64,000 nucleotides of DNA from an uncultured Gammaproteobacteria bacterium (GCA_964637955.1 CAZWXQ010000002.1:7782-71781); one strand, 5' to 3'; numbered from the stretch's first letter, positions 36,474 through 46,341 are shown. Notes: generated by a model not told the origin, from the sequence alone. Numbers and translations are program-made.

Positions 36474-37583
36474 ATGCTGCTTACTATTATTGTCTTCTTA
36501 GTCATCCTCACTGTTCTTGTTCTCATTCATGAGCTTGGTCATTTTATTACTGCAAAAATTTTTGGAATTAAAGTAGAAGAATTTGGGTTGGGATTTCCGC
36601 CTAGGGTTTTTGGAAAGAAAAAAGGCGAGACTCTTTATTCGATAAATGCACTTCCTATTGGGGGTTTTGTAAAACTTTATGGTGAAGATGATGCTGGTGG
36701 AGGAAAAATATCTAAAGGAAAAAAAATAGAAAAAGATCCAGATTTAGATCGAGCATTTTTTGCAAAGCCAATTTGGCAAAGAATTGTTGTGGTGACTGCA
36801 GGGGTAGCCATGAATTTTCTTTTGGCAGTAATTATAGCGACCTATTTATTTACCTCTCAGGGGCTCCCTACAGACAATAAAAGCGTACTTATTACTCAAG
36901 TTGCTAAGAATACGCCTGCTGCCGTAGCAGGACTTAGGGCTGGAGATGCAATCGTAAGTATTGATGGACATGAAGTAGCGGATCCATCAAGCCTTATTGC
37001 TGTAACTAAAGATAAACTAGGAAAAGAAGTAACACTTATTGTGCTTCGAGAAGGAAATGAGATTCCACTTAAGATTACCCCTCGAGTAAATGCGCCAAAA
37101 GGAGAAGGAGCGATGGGTGTTGCGATAGAGCAAAATATTACTTTCCAGAAGTATCCATTTCCTCAGAGCATCTATTACGGCACTAAGCAAGCTGCCCATG
37201 ATTCAGTTCTTGTGGTAACAGGATTTGTGGACATGATTAAGACAATATTTACTAAGCAAACAATCCCAGAAGGAGTAGCTGGTCCTGTTGGAATGGCTCA
37301 ACTCACTGGTGAATTTGTAAAAATAGGACCTGATGCGGTTTTGTCGCTCGTTTATATGCTTAGTTTGAGCTTGGCGGTTCTTAATATTCTTCCAATTCCA
37401 GCGCTTGATGGGGGAAGACTGTTCTTTATTTTGATTGAGTTATTTACCAGACGAAAGGTAAATGCCAAATATGAAGCTTATGCACACATGGTGGGAATCG
37501 TGGTACTTCTTACTTTCCTTGTTTTTATATCTTATAAAGATATTTTGAGAATCATTAGTGGACAGTCAATTATTCCGCAGTAA
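36474..37583 (+). CDS. rseP: RIP metalloprotease RseP (M50 site-2 protease with PDZ domain)
   Basis: HELGHFITAK (HExxH), PDZ-like middle, LNILPIPALDGG M50 motif. Confidence 0.8.
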   Translation: MLLTIIVFLVILTVLVLIHELGHFITAKIFGIKVEEFGLGFPPRVFGKKKGETLYSINALPIGGFVKLYGEDDAGGGKISKGKKIEKDPDLDRAFFAKPIWQRIVVVTAGVAMNFLLAVIIATYLFTSQGLPTDNKSVLITQVAKNTPAAVAGLRAGDAIVSIDGHEVADPSSLIAVTKDKLGKEVTLIVLREGNEIPLKITPRVNAPKGEGAMGVAIEQNITFQKYPFPQSIYYGTKQAAHDSVLVVTGFVDMIKTIFTKQTIPEGVAGPVGMAQLTGEFVKIGPDAVLSLVYMLSLSLAVLNILPIPALDGGRLFFILIELFTRRKVNAKYEAYAHMVGIVVLLTFLVFISYKDILRIISGQSIIPQ

Positions 37584-37658
37584 TAAATTATTCTTCGTGT
37601 GAATTAAATGAGTCGAGAAGTTATCGACTTCGCTCGAACAATAAATTTAAAATAAATT

Positions 37659-38066
37659 ATGAGAGTTCAAAAAACAGAAGAAGAGTGGAAAAAAATTCTT
37701 ACTCCTGAAGAATATGAAGTTCTAAGAAATAAAGGGACTGAGGCTCGTGGTGGAAAATATTTTAATTCTGACGAAGATGGAATGTACTCATGTGCTGCGT
37801 GCGGCCATGAACTGTTCTCGAGCGACGCCAAGTTTGAATTAGATAAAGATGATCCAAATTATGGATGGCCTAGTTTTGATCAGCCCGCAAATCGCGAAAA
37901 TGTTGAACTAGTTGATGATAACAGGTACGGAATGCATAGAACTGAAGTGATTTGTAAAAATTGTGGATCTCATCTCGGACATCTATTTGATGATGGGCCG
38001 GTAGAAACAACTGGAGAGCATTATTGCATAAATTCCTGCGCTCTTAAGTTTCATCCCGAAAAATAA
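37659..38066 (+). CDS. msrB: peptide methionine-(R)-S-oxide reductase
   Basis: Two CxxC pairs and CINSCAL/GWPSF MsrB signature. Confidence 0.85.
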   Translation: MRVQKTEEEWKKILTPEEYEVLRNKGTEARGGKYFNSDEDGMYSCAACGHELFSSDAKFELDKDDPNYGWPSFDQPANRENVELVDDNRYGMHRTEVICKNCGSHLGHLFDDGPVETTGEHYCINSCALKFHPEK

Positions 38067-38165
38067 CCCTCCCAATAGATATAAAACTACAGAGAGGGTA
38101 TTATCTTTCTAATTAATTAGCAAGATAAAATGATTTTTTCTTATGAATAAAATAAAAGCCATGTA

Positions 38166-38194
38166 TTAACAATGTAATATTCCTCTGATATACT
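38166..38194 (+). promoter_or_regulatory. sigma70-like promoter TTAACA-N17-TATACT, 7 nt before pgl ATG (leaderless)
   Basis: TTAACA 38166-38171, TATACT 38189-38194, ATG 38202. Confidence 0.45.
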
Positions 38195-38201
38195 TTCTCA
38201 C

Positions 38202-38939
38202 ATGGATAGGCAGAGCCTAATAGGTTTAAATCATTATAAAAATAAGGATAATATTCTTGTGATTGAGACTGCTACGGCCCAAAAAGCCAATGAAACAGTT
38301 TCTGAAATTCTTGAAAAATATTCTGATTTTAAAACAGCATTATTTCTTTCAGGAGGAAGTACTCCAAAAAAACTTTATGAACAATTTGCAAATGAAAAGA
38401 AGCTAAAAGCTGGAGCAGTGGGGCAAATTGATGAGAGGTTCGGCTCAAAAAATCATAAGAAATCAAATGAAGTTATGATCTCAAACACAGGTTTGATTCA
38501 ATATTTTGAAGATCAAAATATCCGTTTTTATCCAATCTTGCAAGAAGATTTGGATATTGAGGATACCACTCGTCAGTATGATGAGGCTTTGCGTTTTATA
38601 ATTAAATATTTTCCAAAAAGTGTAGGAATCTTAGGAATTGGTGAAGATGGGCATACGGCTGGAATTCCTGCAATCCCAGAAATAGCTCTAAAAATGCTTG
38701 ATGATCAAAGTGAGCTTGTGGATTTTTATGAAGCCGATAAGTATGGAGCAAGAATTACTATGAATTTTCATGCACTTTCAATGCTGGATCTGATTATAGT
38801 TTTAGCTTTAGGTCAGGAAAAAAGAGAAACGCTCTCACAAATGTTTAAAGAAGGAATTGTTGATGATTTTCCTGCAAGATATTATTTACGTCCTGGAATT
38901 GCGGAGAAAACAATAATAATTACTGATCAGATCGTGTAG
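38202..38939 (+). CDS. pgl: 6-phosphogluconolactonase
   Basis: LSGGSTP and GIGEDGHTAGIP motifs of Pgl/NagB fold; pathway context with zwf and gnd. Confidence 0.7.
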   Translation: MDRQSLIGLNHYKNKDNILVIETATAQKANETVSEILEKYSDFKTALFLSGGSTPKKLYEQFANEKKLKAGAVGQIDERFGSKNHKKSNEVMISNTGLIQYFEDQNIRFYPILQEDLDIEDTTRQYDEALRFIIKYFPKSVGILGIGEDGHTAGIPAIPEIALKMLDDQSELVDFYEADKYGARITMNFHALSMLDLIIVLALGQEKRETLSQMFKEGIVDDFPARYYLRPGIAEKTIIITDQIV

Positions 38940-38968
38940 GTTTAATCTTAAGTCTAAATATTTGTTTT

Positions 38969-39529
38969 TTACTCTTCTGTTAGTGAAGCTGTAAGTAAAT
39001 TTCCAACTATGCTTATTCCGTAGGAGACCCATAAGGGATGATTCTTTTTTTGTGATGCAACTTTTTTTGGTTGATCAGTTTCAGGGTCTAAAACAGTATG
39101 ATGGCCAAAATATGTAATTTTATTTATCCCTGGATTAATATTTAATACTTGCAAATCATTTCCGGTACTTGCTTGTACTTCTTCAATTTGACCGCTTTCT
39201 CCTCGTCTGAATCTTAGTTCCCAAAGAGTTCTTCTGGGCTCAGTTTCATTTGGATAGAGTGGGCTAAGTCCGTTTAAATTCACCATAAAAATTGCTTCCT
39301 GGAAATTAGTTCCGGGAGCAATATAAGCCTCTTTTAAAAGTTCAAGTTGTTGTTTTCCCCAGTCTGCGGTAACCTCAGGATCCATTTCTAAATCTTCATG
39401 AATTACATCCCAAGGTCTTAATAATTGTTGAATTGTATATTCAGGAAGTTTGGTAATTAGTCTTTTAGAGTCTAGTAAGCCTAAGTCTTCTTGCGTGGCG
39501 CCTCCGCCTGGTAATCTATCTGTTGACAT
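38969..39529 (-). CDS. hypothetical protein with N-terminal LPGGGATQEDL motif
   Basis: ORF track; shares N-terminal ~25-aa motif with gene at 40040-41134; own promoter. Confidence 0.4.
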   Translation of the reverse strand: MSTDRLPGGGATQEDLGLLDSKRLITKLPEYTIQQLLRPWDVIHEDLEMDPEVTADWGKQQLELLKEAYIAPGTNFQEAIFMVNLNGLSPLYPNETEPRRTLWELRFRRGESGQIEEVQASTGNDLQVLNINPGINKITYFGHHTVLDPETDQPKKVASQKKNHPLWVSYGISIVGNLLTASLTEE

Positions 39530-39536
39530 AAAGGGT

Positions 39537-39565
39537 ACTATACTCTTTGAGGTTTATATAGTCAA
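39537..39565 (-). promoter_or_regulatory. promoter TTGACT-N17-TATAGT, 7 nt before ATG (leaderless)
   Basis: Minus-strand reading TCTTGACTATATAAACCTCAAAGAGTATAGTACCCTTTATG. Confidence 0.55.
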
Positions 39566-40002
39566 GAATGAGCAGGGTTATTTGACAGGGATCTAATTTC
39601 TTCGAGCGCCTGGGAAATTCTTTCAGCTGCTATATCTGTATTTGTTTCAGGAAGTCCTGTTTCTAGGTTTAACCATTGAACCTGAGAGGGAATTGTGGCT
39701 TTCACTTCCTTACCATCAACCTCTTTTTTCCCAAGTCTGCTTTGAACTATGCTAAAAACTTCAAGAGTTCCATCATGATGTGTAAATCTTGAGAATCTTA
39801 CACCTTTTCTGTTTAAAATATATGGATCCACTAGCCAGCCAGAGTCTGACTTAGGATCGCCAATTACTGCGCTTGTTGCGCTTCTTAATGCAGGAAATGC
39901 CCGAATGGTTCGGATTCCATTTCTTACAACTTTTCCTCTTTGATAATCTGATAAGACAATTGGCTCTCTTTGAATTTCGCTATGTGGATTTTCTGCTGAC
40001 AT
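39562..40002 (-). CDS. hypothetical protein (146 aa)
   Basis: ORF track; own promoter. Confidence 0.4.
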   Translation of the reverse strand: MSAENPHSEIQREPIVLSDYQRGKVVRNGIRTIRAFPALRSATSAVIGDPKSDSGWLVDPYILNRKGVRFSRFTHHDGTLEVFSIVQSRLGKKEVDGKEVKATIPSQVQWLNLETGLPETNTDIAAERISQALEEIRSLSNNPAHS

Positions 40003-40010
40003 AATGGGTT

Positions 40011-40039
40011 AATATACTCTTTAAGGCTTAAGCTGTCAA
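40011..40039 (-). promoter_or_regulatory. promoter TTGACA-N17-TATATT, 8 nt before ATG (leaderless)
   Basis: Minus-strand reading ATTGACAGCTTAAGCCTTAAAGAGTATATTAACCCATTATG. Confidence 0.55.
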
Positions 40040-41134
40040 TTATTGTTCAAGCATTGGGAAGTGTGCGTCTAATAGATCATCAAGTCTACTTAAAGCTACA
40101 TCTCCTGTAACAGGTTTTAATGGATCTGAGTCAACGCCCAAAATCCATGAATCTACAAAGGGTCCCTTAAAAGCCAAATCGTCCCATTCTGGGCGAGGAA
40201 TCGTGTCAAAGCCAAAGCCAATAGAATGGTAGTCATGTTCGTCAGGCCCATCGATAGATAAACTTACCCTCCATAAATCAGGATATATATTATCACCATT
40301 ATAAATTGTTAATTTTATTCCATCCCTTAATTGTAATTCAGCAAATGAGATGAATACATTTGGATTTAAAATTCCATCAATTCTAGCTTTTCTTAGAAGT
40401 AGAATGTCATGTTCAACTTTCATGGAATCCTTTTTTGCCTGGATAGCATCTGATTCTTCTTTCTTTTTTCTCTCCATCTCATCGGCAGCTTCTTGTCCAA
40501 ATAGATAAACTGCACCTTCGTAATCAGACATTCTTCCGACTACGGCTTTGGTTTTTGAAGGATCATCTGGAAAGTCCTTTTTCGGTATAGACTCCATCAT
40601 TGCAACTCCACCTCTTTTCGGTGGCTTGGGTTGGCCAAGGCGAATATCCAGATCACGACCGATTTTTTCATCAATTGTTAAATCCCTTTGCCAAGTAGAG
40701 TCACCAATAAGTGATTCAGTTCTTGCTGCGAAACCCTCTCGATTTCCATTCGCATCTAGCCTTACTCCGAAGTTTGCAGATATTTTTCGTATACCGTTTT
40801 CTCTGTCGGGTGTTATCCGTTCTTTATCTTCTAGATTCATTGTCCAAATATCTGGATTTGTAGGATCAGGAATGTATCTTAATATTGTATCATCGTCCGA
40901 TGATTCAGGATCAGATCTTAAATGAAATTCAGCTGATAGAACACGTGAAGGATCTTGGAAAAGTTTAGTTCTTAATAAATTTATTCTCGCAATAAATTCT
41001 TCACCCAATATGGGTTCAGTTCTCAATCTGTCCTTTCTGCTTCTTAAGTCAGTTGCAAAATCCTTAGAGCCTAATACTGATTGCGCGTCATCAGGTGTCG
41101 CTCCGCCACCTGGAACTGCATCTTTTCTTGTCAT
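40040..41134 (-). CDS. hypothetical protein (364 aa) with N-terminal VPGGGATPDD motif
   Basis: ORF track; N-terminal motif shared with 38969-39529 gene; own promoter. Confidence 0.4.
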   Translation of the reverse strand: MTRKDAVPGGGATPDDAQSVLGSKDFATDLRSRKDRLRTEPILGEEFIARINLLRTKLFQDPSRVLSAEFHLRSDPESSDDDTILRYIPDPTNPDIWTMNLEDKERITPDRENGIRKISANFGVRLDANGNREGFAARTESLIGDSTWQRDLTIDEKIGRDLDIRLGQPKPPKRGGVAMMESIPKKDFPDDPSKTKAVVGRMSDYEGAVYLFGQEAADEMERKKKEESDAIQAKKDSMKVEHDILLLRKARIDGILNPNVFISFAELQLRDGIKLTIYNGDNIYPDLWRVSLSIDGPDEHDYHSIGFGFDTIPRPEWDDLAFKGPFVDSWILGVDSDPLKPVTGDVALSRLDDLLDAHFPMLEQ

Positions 41135-41142
41135 AAGAGCGT

Positions 41143-41171
41143 AATATACTCTTTGAAGTTTGGTTAGTCAA
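41143..41171 (-). promoter_or_regulatory. promoter TTGACT-N17-TATATT, 8 nt before ATG (leaderless); overlaps divergent zwf promoter
   Basis: Minus-strand reading TCTTGACTAACCAAACTTCAAAGAGTATATTACGCTCTTATG. Confidence 0.55.
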
Positions 41172-41181
41172 GAACTATAAT
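41153..41181 (+). promoter_or_regulatory. zwf promoter TTGAAG-N17-TATAAT, 7 nt before ATG at 41189
   Basis: TTGAAG 41153-41158, TATAAT 41176-41181 (overlaps ORF-track start 41180). Confidence 0.45.
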
Positions 41182-41188
41182 GGTTGTT

Positions 41189-42640
41189 ATGTCAGAATCT
41201 CCGCAGGTATTTAAAGATCTCAAAAGCCCATTTATTTTGGTAATCTTCGGAGCTACAGGAGATCTTGCTCAAAACAAATTAATTCCTGGACTTTTTTCTC
41301 TATATTTAAATAATCAGCTTCCAACAGAATTTTATATTATTGGTTTTTCAAGGCGCAAACTTTCGCACTTCGAATTTCATGAGCATTTAAAAAAAGAACA
41401 AACACACGAAAAATGGGTGGAATTTACTTCACACATTCTTTATCAATCAGGAAGTTTTGAAAAGGAAGAAGGATACTTGGAGTTAGGTAAACAGCTCGTC
41501 GAAATAGATGAGAAATTGGGTGCTTGTGTCGCGAGATTTTTCTACTTGGCAACTCCACCAGATCATTATGAAAGCATTTTGGAAAAATTGGTCTCCACGA
41601 AACTTTCAGAAGGTTGTTCAGATGAAGATCATAGCAGTAAGTGGACTCGCGTAATTCTTGAGAAGCCATTTGGAAAAGATCTTGAGACCGCAAGGCAACT
41701 TGATTTGCGACTTTCCGAATACTTTGAGGAAAAACAGATTTTTCGCGTAGATCATTATCTTGGAAAAGAAACTGTTCAAAATATGCTGGCATTTAGATTT
41801 GCCAATGGAATTTTTGAGCCTGTTTGGAATAACACTCTTATTGATCATGTTCAGATTAGCTGGGGAGAGACAAAAGGAATTGGTAATAGGGGAAATTTTT
41901 TTGAGGGGATAGGGATACTTCGAGATTTTCTTCAAAATCATGTTATGCAGCTCATAGCCGCTGTAGCTATGGAGCAGCCGAGAAGCTTTACAAAAGAAGA
42001 TCTTCGTGACGCAAGAGCAGAAGTTATAAAATCTATAAGACTGGATGGGAATTCACAAGTAGTTAGAGGTCAGTACGATGGTTATAAATCAGAAGAAGAT
42101 GTCGATCCCAATTCAACTACGGAGACTTTTGTGGCAACTAAATTATTTATTGATACTCCTAGGTTTGAAGGAGTACCTTTTTATTTGCGAGTGGGTAAAA
42201 AAATGCCAAAAGATTTAGTTGAAATTTCAGTAGTTTTTGTTCAGACATGTCATATTTTATTTAAAGAGTTCGGATGCCCCGAGATCGGAAACGTTATCAC
42301 ATTTAGAATCCAACCGAATGAAGGAATTTCGCTTCGATTCATCGCTAAAAAGCCTGGAGCCAAGCTAGGGCTCGAATCGGTGGACATGAAATTTAATTAT
42401 AAAGAGAGTTTTGGTACACGTGGCCTTGAAGCTTATGAAAAGATTTTATTAGATATCTTTTCAGGAGATCAGATGTTATTTAATAGGTCTGATGAGCTCG
42501 ATAGCAGTTGGAGTTTAATTTCAGAAGTCCTAAGCAAATGGGAGACAGCAGCAGAGCCCGTAAAAGTTTATGCTCCTGGAACCTGGGGTCCAGAAGAGGC
42601 AAATAAATTAATTGAAAATGACGGCCGGTATTGGTTATAA
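41189..42640 (+). CDS. zwf: glucose-6-phosphate 1-dehydrogenase
   Basis: FGATGDLA NADP motif, RVDHYLGKE active-site motif; start 41189 (MSESPQ) preferred over 41180 which lies in the -10 box. Confidence 0.85.
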   Translation: MSESPQVFKDLKSPFILVIFGATGDLAQNKLIPGLFSLYLNNQLPTEFYIIGFSRRKLSHFEFHEHLKKEQTHEKWVEFTSHILYQSGSFEKEEGYLELGKQLVEIDEKLGACVARFFYLATPPDHYESILEKLVSTKLSEGCSDEDHSSKWTRVILEKPFGKDLETARQLDLRLSEYFEEKQIFRVDHYLGKETVQNMLAFRFANGIFEPVWNNTLIDHVQISWGETKGIGNRGNFFEGIGILRDFLQNHVMQLIAAVAMEQPRSFTKEDLRDARAEVIKSIRLDGNSQVVRGQYDGYKSEEDVDPNSTTETFVATKLFIDTPRFEGVPFYLRVGKKMPKDLVEISVVFVQTCHILFKEFGCPEIGNVITFRIQPNEGISLRFIAKKPGAKLGLESVDMKFNYKESFGTRGLEAYEKILLDIFSGDQMLFNRSDELDSSWSLISEVLSKWETAAEPVKVYAPGTWGPEEANKLIENDGRYWL

Positions 42641-42795
42641 AAAGATTTATGAATTATGATTTACGATTTATGAATATTAATGTAGAATATTAAATAATTC
42701 TAAGATTTGAATTTCTTATTTACATTTATGGTTACGATAAGTTTTGATGATTTCAATCCATGCGTCGCTAAAGCTTTGCAGGATTTCAGATTTTT

Positions 42796-43149
42796 ATGAA
42801 TACAATTACATTTGATGACTTCAAAAAAATAAAAATCCTGATGGGGAAGATTACAGCGTGTGAAAGAGTAGAAAATGCTGATAAACTTCTTAAGCTTCAG
42901 ATTGACTTCGGTCCTATTGATGAAGGATCTGAAGAGCGAATGACTAGGCAGATTGTCTCTGGAATCGCAGAAAGTTATTCGCCAGAAGAGTTGGTAGGTA
43001 AAACCTTACCATTTATTGTAAATTTAGAATATCGAAAATTCAAAGGTGAAGAGTCTCAAGGAATGCTTATGGCTACGGGCACAGGAAGTGACAATGTGGT
43101 ACTTCTCGAACCAAACCGCGAAATCGCTCCAGGAAGTGAAGTTATTTAG
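42796..43149 (+). CDS. tRNA-binding domain protein (CsaA/Trbp111/EMAP-II-like)
   Basis: KLLKLQIDFG...RQIVSGI...LVGKTLPFIVNLEYRKFKGEESQGMLM OB-fold tRNA-binding signature. Confidence 0.65.
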   Translation: MNTITFDDFKKIKILMGKITACERVENADKLLKLQIDFGPIDEGSEERMTRQIVSGIAESYSPEELVGKTLPFIVNLEYRKFKGEESQGMLMATGTGSDNVVLLEPNREIAPGSEVI

Positions 43150-43766
43150 TTTAATTTAAAGCGTTTTATTGTTCCCGTTACGGTACCAAATTTTCCCAAA
43201 TAGCCCAAAATTATTTCACTTGCTGTAAATTCTGCAGGCTCGTTTTCTCCTAGAAATTCTAAAGTTTTTTCAATATTTTCAGGATTAACTGCTGTCAGGG
43301 AAATGTGAGGGATATATCTTTGATTCAGCCACATTGATCCATAATTATTTATTTCATTTGCATAATCTTCGCCTAAATCGGCAAGTTTTTCTATGCCAGG
43401 AATAATTAAACCCTCCCTTAAATCATTACACTTTTCCATAGCTTTTTTTTGAAGAGAAGCCATGGGTTCTAATTCTTCACTATTCCACCATACATTTCCT
43501 TGGGGAGTTGCCCAAAAGCCTTTCATTTTCATTTGAAAAGGTTTTATTTCTTTTAGCATTTCCTCAATTTTACTTTCGATTTTTTCAATATTTTTTGTAG
43601 GATAATGTGCCTGGTAGATAGTTAAATGTGGAAGTAGATCTGCTTCGTTTAAAACAAAATTTGTAGGTAAATTGTTGTTCAGTTTTTTACTTAATTCAAT
43701 TGCTTTTAGTCTTGTATTCTGATCAGGGAGAAGTGCTATATTTAAGGAAACAGAATCGTTTTGCAT
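43146..43766 (-). CDS. 2H phosphoesterase superfamily protein (LigT-like)
   Basis: Two H-x-T/S-x motifs (PHLTIYQ and PHISLTA) with appropriate spacing. Confidence 0.5.
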   Translation of the reverse strand: MQNDSVSLNIALLPDQNTRLKAIELSKKLNNNLPTNFVLNEADLLPHLTIYQAHYPTKNIEKIESKIEEMLKEIKPFQMKMKGFWATPQGNVWWNSEELEPMASLQKKAMEKCNDLREGLIIPGIEKLADLGEDYANEINNYGSMWLNQRYIPHISLTAVNPENIEKTLEFLGENEPAEFTASEIILGYLGKFGTVTGTIKRFKLN

Positions 43767-43796
43767 TTATCCAAGTTTAGCATCATGATTTTAAAA

Positions 43797-44657
43797 TCAC
43801 AATGCAATTAAGATAGTTCCGAGAACCATGACAGAAGCGCCGATAAATTTATGTTTTATATTTTTTTCTTTAAGAAATACTGCACCGATTACTATAGTGA
43901 AAAGAGCAGAAAGTCTAAATATGGCAACAGCATAACCTACATTTGTAAGTGAGAAAGCGCTCATTGCCGCAAATTGAGCAATAGTTGTCATAAATCCTAT
44001 AAATAAAAGCATATGCAGATTTTTTTTCGTAAAATTTGTAGTTTCTTTCCTAAATAAAATCGGAGAAAGTATAATGAATATCATCGCACCTTCAATAAGA
44101 GGTACAGCTATAGGTGCGCTTGGAGTTGTTTGAAGTAGAGCACCTTTTTGAAAAACAGGAGTGATTCCCCATAATAAATTGGTAATTAAAAAAAGTTGAA
44201 CGCCACGGTTGGAGAAGAGATTAATGAAAGGTTTCATGTATCCGTGTTTTATATCTTTTAAATTTATTAAATAAGAACCAAGGACTATCACAAAAATTCC
44301 TGCAAGTTTTATAGGGGTGGGTTTTTCTCCCAAAAGAATCCATGCAAAAATTAAAGTAAAGACTGGGTTAAAAGCTGAAATTGGTGCAAGAAGTGAGATT
44401 TCGGAAATTTCCAAGGCTTTATAGTATATAAATGCAGCAATTATATCTATAAATGAAGCAAAGAAAAGGAATTTGAAGAATTCAAAAGTTAGAGAAGGAA
44501 CGCCAGTTATTATTAGAGTAGCAAGCATAAAAGGTAGAGCTATCCCAACAGTAACGACCAGAAAAACAATTGGACTTACTTCTTTTAGAAATCTTTTTGA
44601 AAGGAACATAGCGACGGAGGCCCAGAATGCAAAAATTAATGAATATGAAATCCACAT
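43797..44657 (-). CDS. EamA/DMT-family membrane transporter
   Basis: ~10 predicted TM helices, duplicated EamA-like halves (GEKPTPIKLAGIFVIVLGSYLI). Confidence 0.55.
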   Translation of the reverse strand: MWISYSLIFAFWASVAMFLSKRFLKEVSPIVFLVVTVGIALPFMLATLIITGVPSLTFEFFKFLFFASFIDIIAAFIYYKALEISEISLLAPISAFNPVFTLIFAWILLGEKPTPIKLAGIFVIVLGSYLINLKDIKHGYMKPFINLFSNRGVQLFLITNLLWGITPVFQKGALLQTTPSAPIAVPLIEGAMIFIILSPILFRKETTNFTKKNLHMLLFIGFMTTIAQFAAMSAFSLTNVGYAVAIFRLSALFTIVIGAVFLKEKNIKHKFIGASVMVLGTILIAL

Positions 44658-44714
44658 ATATTTATCATAGCAATTATCAATAACAGGAGTTTTTATTTGA
44701 AGAAGCTGGACTAA

Positions 44715-45392
44715 TTAAATAGATGATGAGGGGATTCTGGCTATAGCTTTTGTCTGGTCAAATGGTTCGAGTCCAATTTGTCTAACGGCCAGTCCTTGAT
44801 CATCATTTATGTCTGTCATCAATCCTTTTGATCCACTAATAGTTAGCATGTCAGATATGAGAATTACGGAGGTTTGTCTTTGAGGCTCAGGAATTTCTAC
44901 TTGGAGCCCACTAACAGTTTCAAAAAAGTCTGTAGTCCAAAAGTATTCAGGTTTTGGAGAATCAGATGGCTGGGTTCTTCTGAAGAAAAGTACTTTTGAG
45001 GGGTCAATCCCTTTTTCGCGTATATAATCTAAATTAATTATTGCTCCAGTTTCAGATCTTCTTCTTACACCATTTTGATGAAGTGATGCAGGATCATCGA
45101 TCGTAGCTTCTCCTGAGAAAAATCCCGCGTTACGTTTCAAGTCATTAAAAGCTGAAGAGTTTTTTATAATTTCTTTTAAATTGGTTTCATTCATCCCTGC
45201 ACTTACTAGTGCTTCAAAGAGTTTTGCATCTTCAAAATACATCGCTACTCTTGGATCTAAATCAACGCCTTCTTGAATGAGCTCATCGATTAGTCTCATT
45301 GCAGAAGGACTTTTTCTTTCTTTCGCGCCAATTAACATTCCGCCCGGGATTTTTGGAGGTAAATCACCACTTTCCATAATTGGATTATACAT
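44715..45392 (-). CDS. hypothetical protein
   Basis: ORF track only. Confidence 0.35.
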   Translation of the reverse strand: MYNPIMESGDLPPKIPGGMLIGAKERKSPSAMRLIDELIQEGVDLDPRVAMYFEDAKLFEALVSAGMNETNLKEIIKNSSAFNDLKRNAGFFSGEATIDDPASLHQNGVRRRSETGAIINLDYIREKGIDPSKVLFFRRTQPSDSPKPEYFWTTDFFETVSGLQVEIPEPQRQTSVILISDMLTISGSKGLMTDINDDQGLAVRQIGLEPFDQTKAIARIPSSSI

Positions 45393-45414
45393 TAAAAATT
45401 GATAGACTTAAAAA

Positions 45415-46341
45415 ATGCAAATTGGATTTATTGGTCTTGGAAAAATGGGAAGTAGGATGGCGGGAAAGCTTTTGAATGAATACGATTTGATCGTTTGGAA
45501 TCGAAATGCAGAAGCAATTTCAAATTTCAAATTTCAAACTTCAAATTCAGGACAAGAAAATAAAGTTAATTTTGCTCAAACGATTCAGGAATTAATTAAT
45601 AAATTAGAAAAACCAAGAATTATATGGATTATGGTAAGTCATCAGGCAGTTGATGAAGTTCTTTCAGAGGTTAAGAAATATGTTTCCCCAGGAGATGTTG
45701 TGATTGACGGTGGAAATTCAAATTATAAAGATACAGATAAAAGGTTTGAAGAATTTGAAAAACTTGGCATTAGCTTTCTTGGAGCTGGAACGAGTGGGGG
45801 AATCAAGGCTTCGGAAAATGGATTTCCATTTATGGTGGGGGGAAGTCGTAAAGGTTATGATTTGATTTCTCCAGTTTTGGATAGTTTGTCCAAGCCTGGT
45901 GGTGGGCATGCATATTTTGGGAAAGGCGGAGCAGGGCATTTCGTAAAAATGATCCACAACGGTGTGGAATATGGAATGATGCAGAGTATAGGCGAAGGAT
46001 TTGAGGTTTTGGAAAAATCAGAATATGAAATAAATTTATCTGAAGTGGCAAGTCTTTGGACAAAAGGAACAATTGTCTCTGGATTTCTAATGGATCGATC
46101 TGCGGAAATGCTTGCTCAGGATCCCAAGCTTGAATCATTTAAAGGTGCAGTTGCCAGAAGTGGAGAAGGCGATTGGACTCTGGAGGTCGCCAGGGAAGAA
46201 AAAGTAATGGTTCCGTCGATGGGTGTGGCTGTGGATTACAGAAAAAAGTCTGAAGAAAGTGTTCAGCTCCAAAATTCCATGACTGCAAGAGTATTAAATG
46301 CGCTTCGAAAAAGCTTCGGCGGCCACGAGATTAAGAAGTAG
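45415..46341 (+). CDS. gnd: 6-phosphogluconate dehydrogenase (decarboxylating), short ~300-aa form
   Basis: MQIGFIGLGKMGSRMA NAD(P)-binding N-terminus, VIDGGNSNYKDT, GAGTSGG motifs. Confidence 0.75.
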   Translation: MQIGFIGLGKMGSRMAGKLLNEYDLIVWNRNAEAISNFKFQTSNSGQENKVNFAQTIQELINKLEKPRIIWIMVSHQAVDEVLSEVKKYVSPGDVVIDGGNSNYKDTDKRFEEFEKLGISFLGAGTSGGIKASENGFPFMVGGSRKGYDLISPVLDSLSKPGGGHAYFGKGGAGHFVKMIHNGVEYGMMQSIGEGFEVLEKSEYEINLSEVASLWTKGTIVSGFLMDRSAEMLAQDPKLESFKGAVARSGEGDWTLEVAREEKVMVPSMGVAVDYRKKSEESVQLQNSMTARVLNALRKSFGGHEIKK

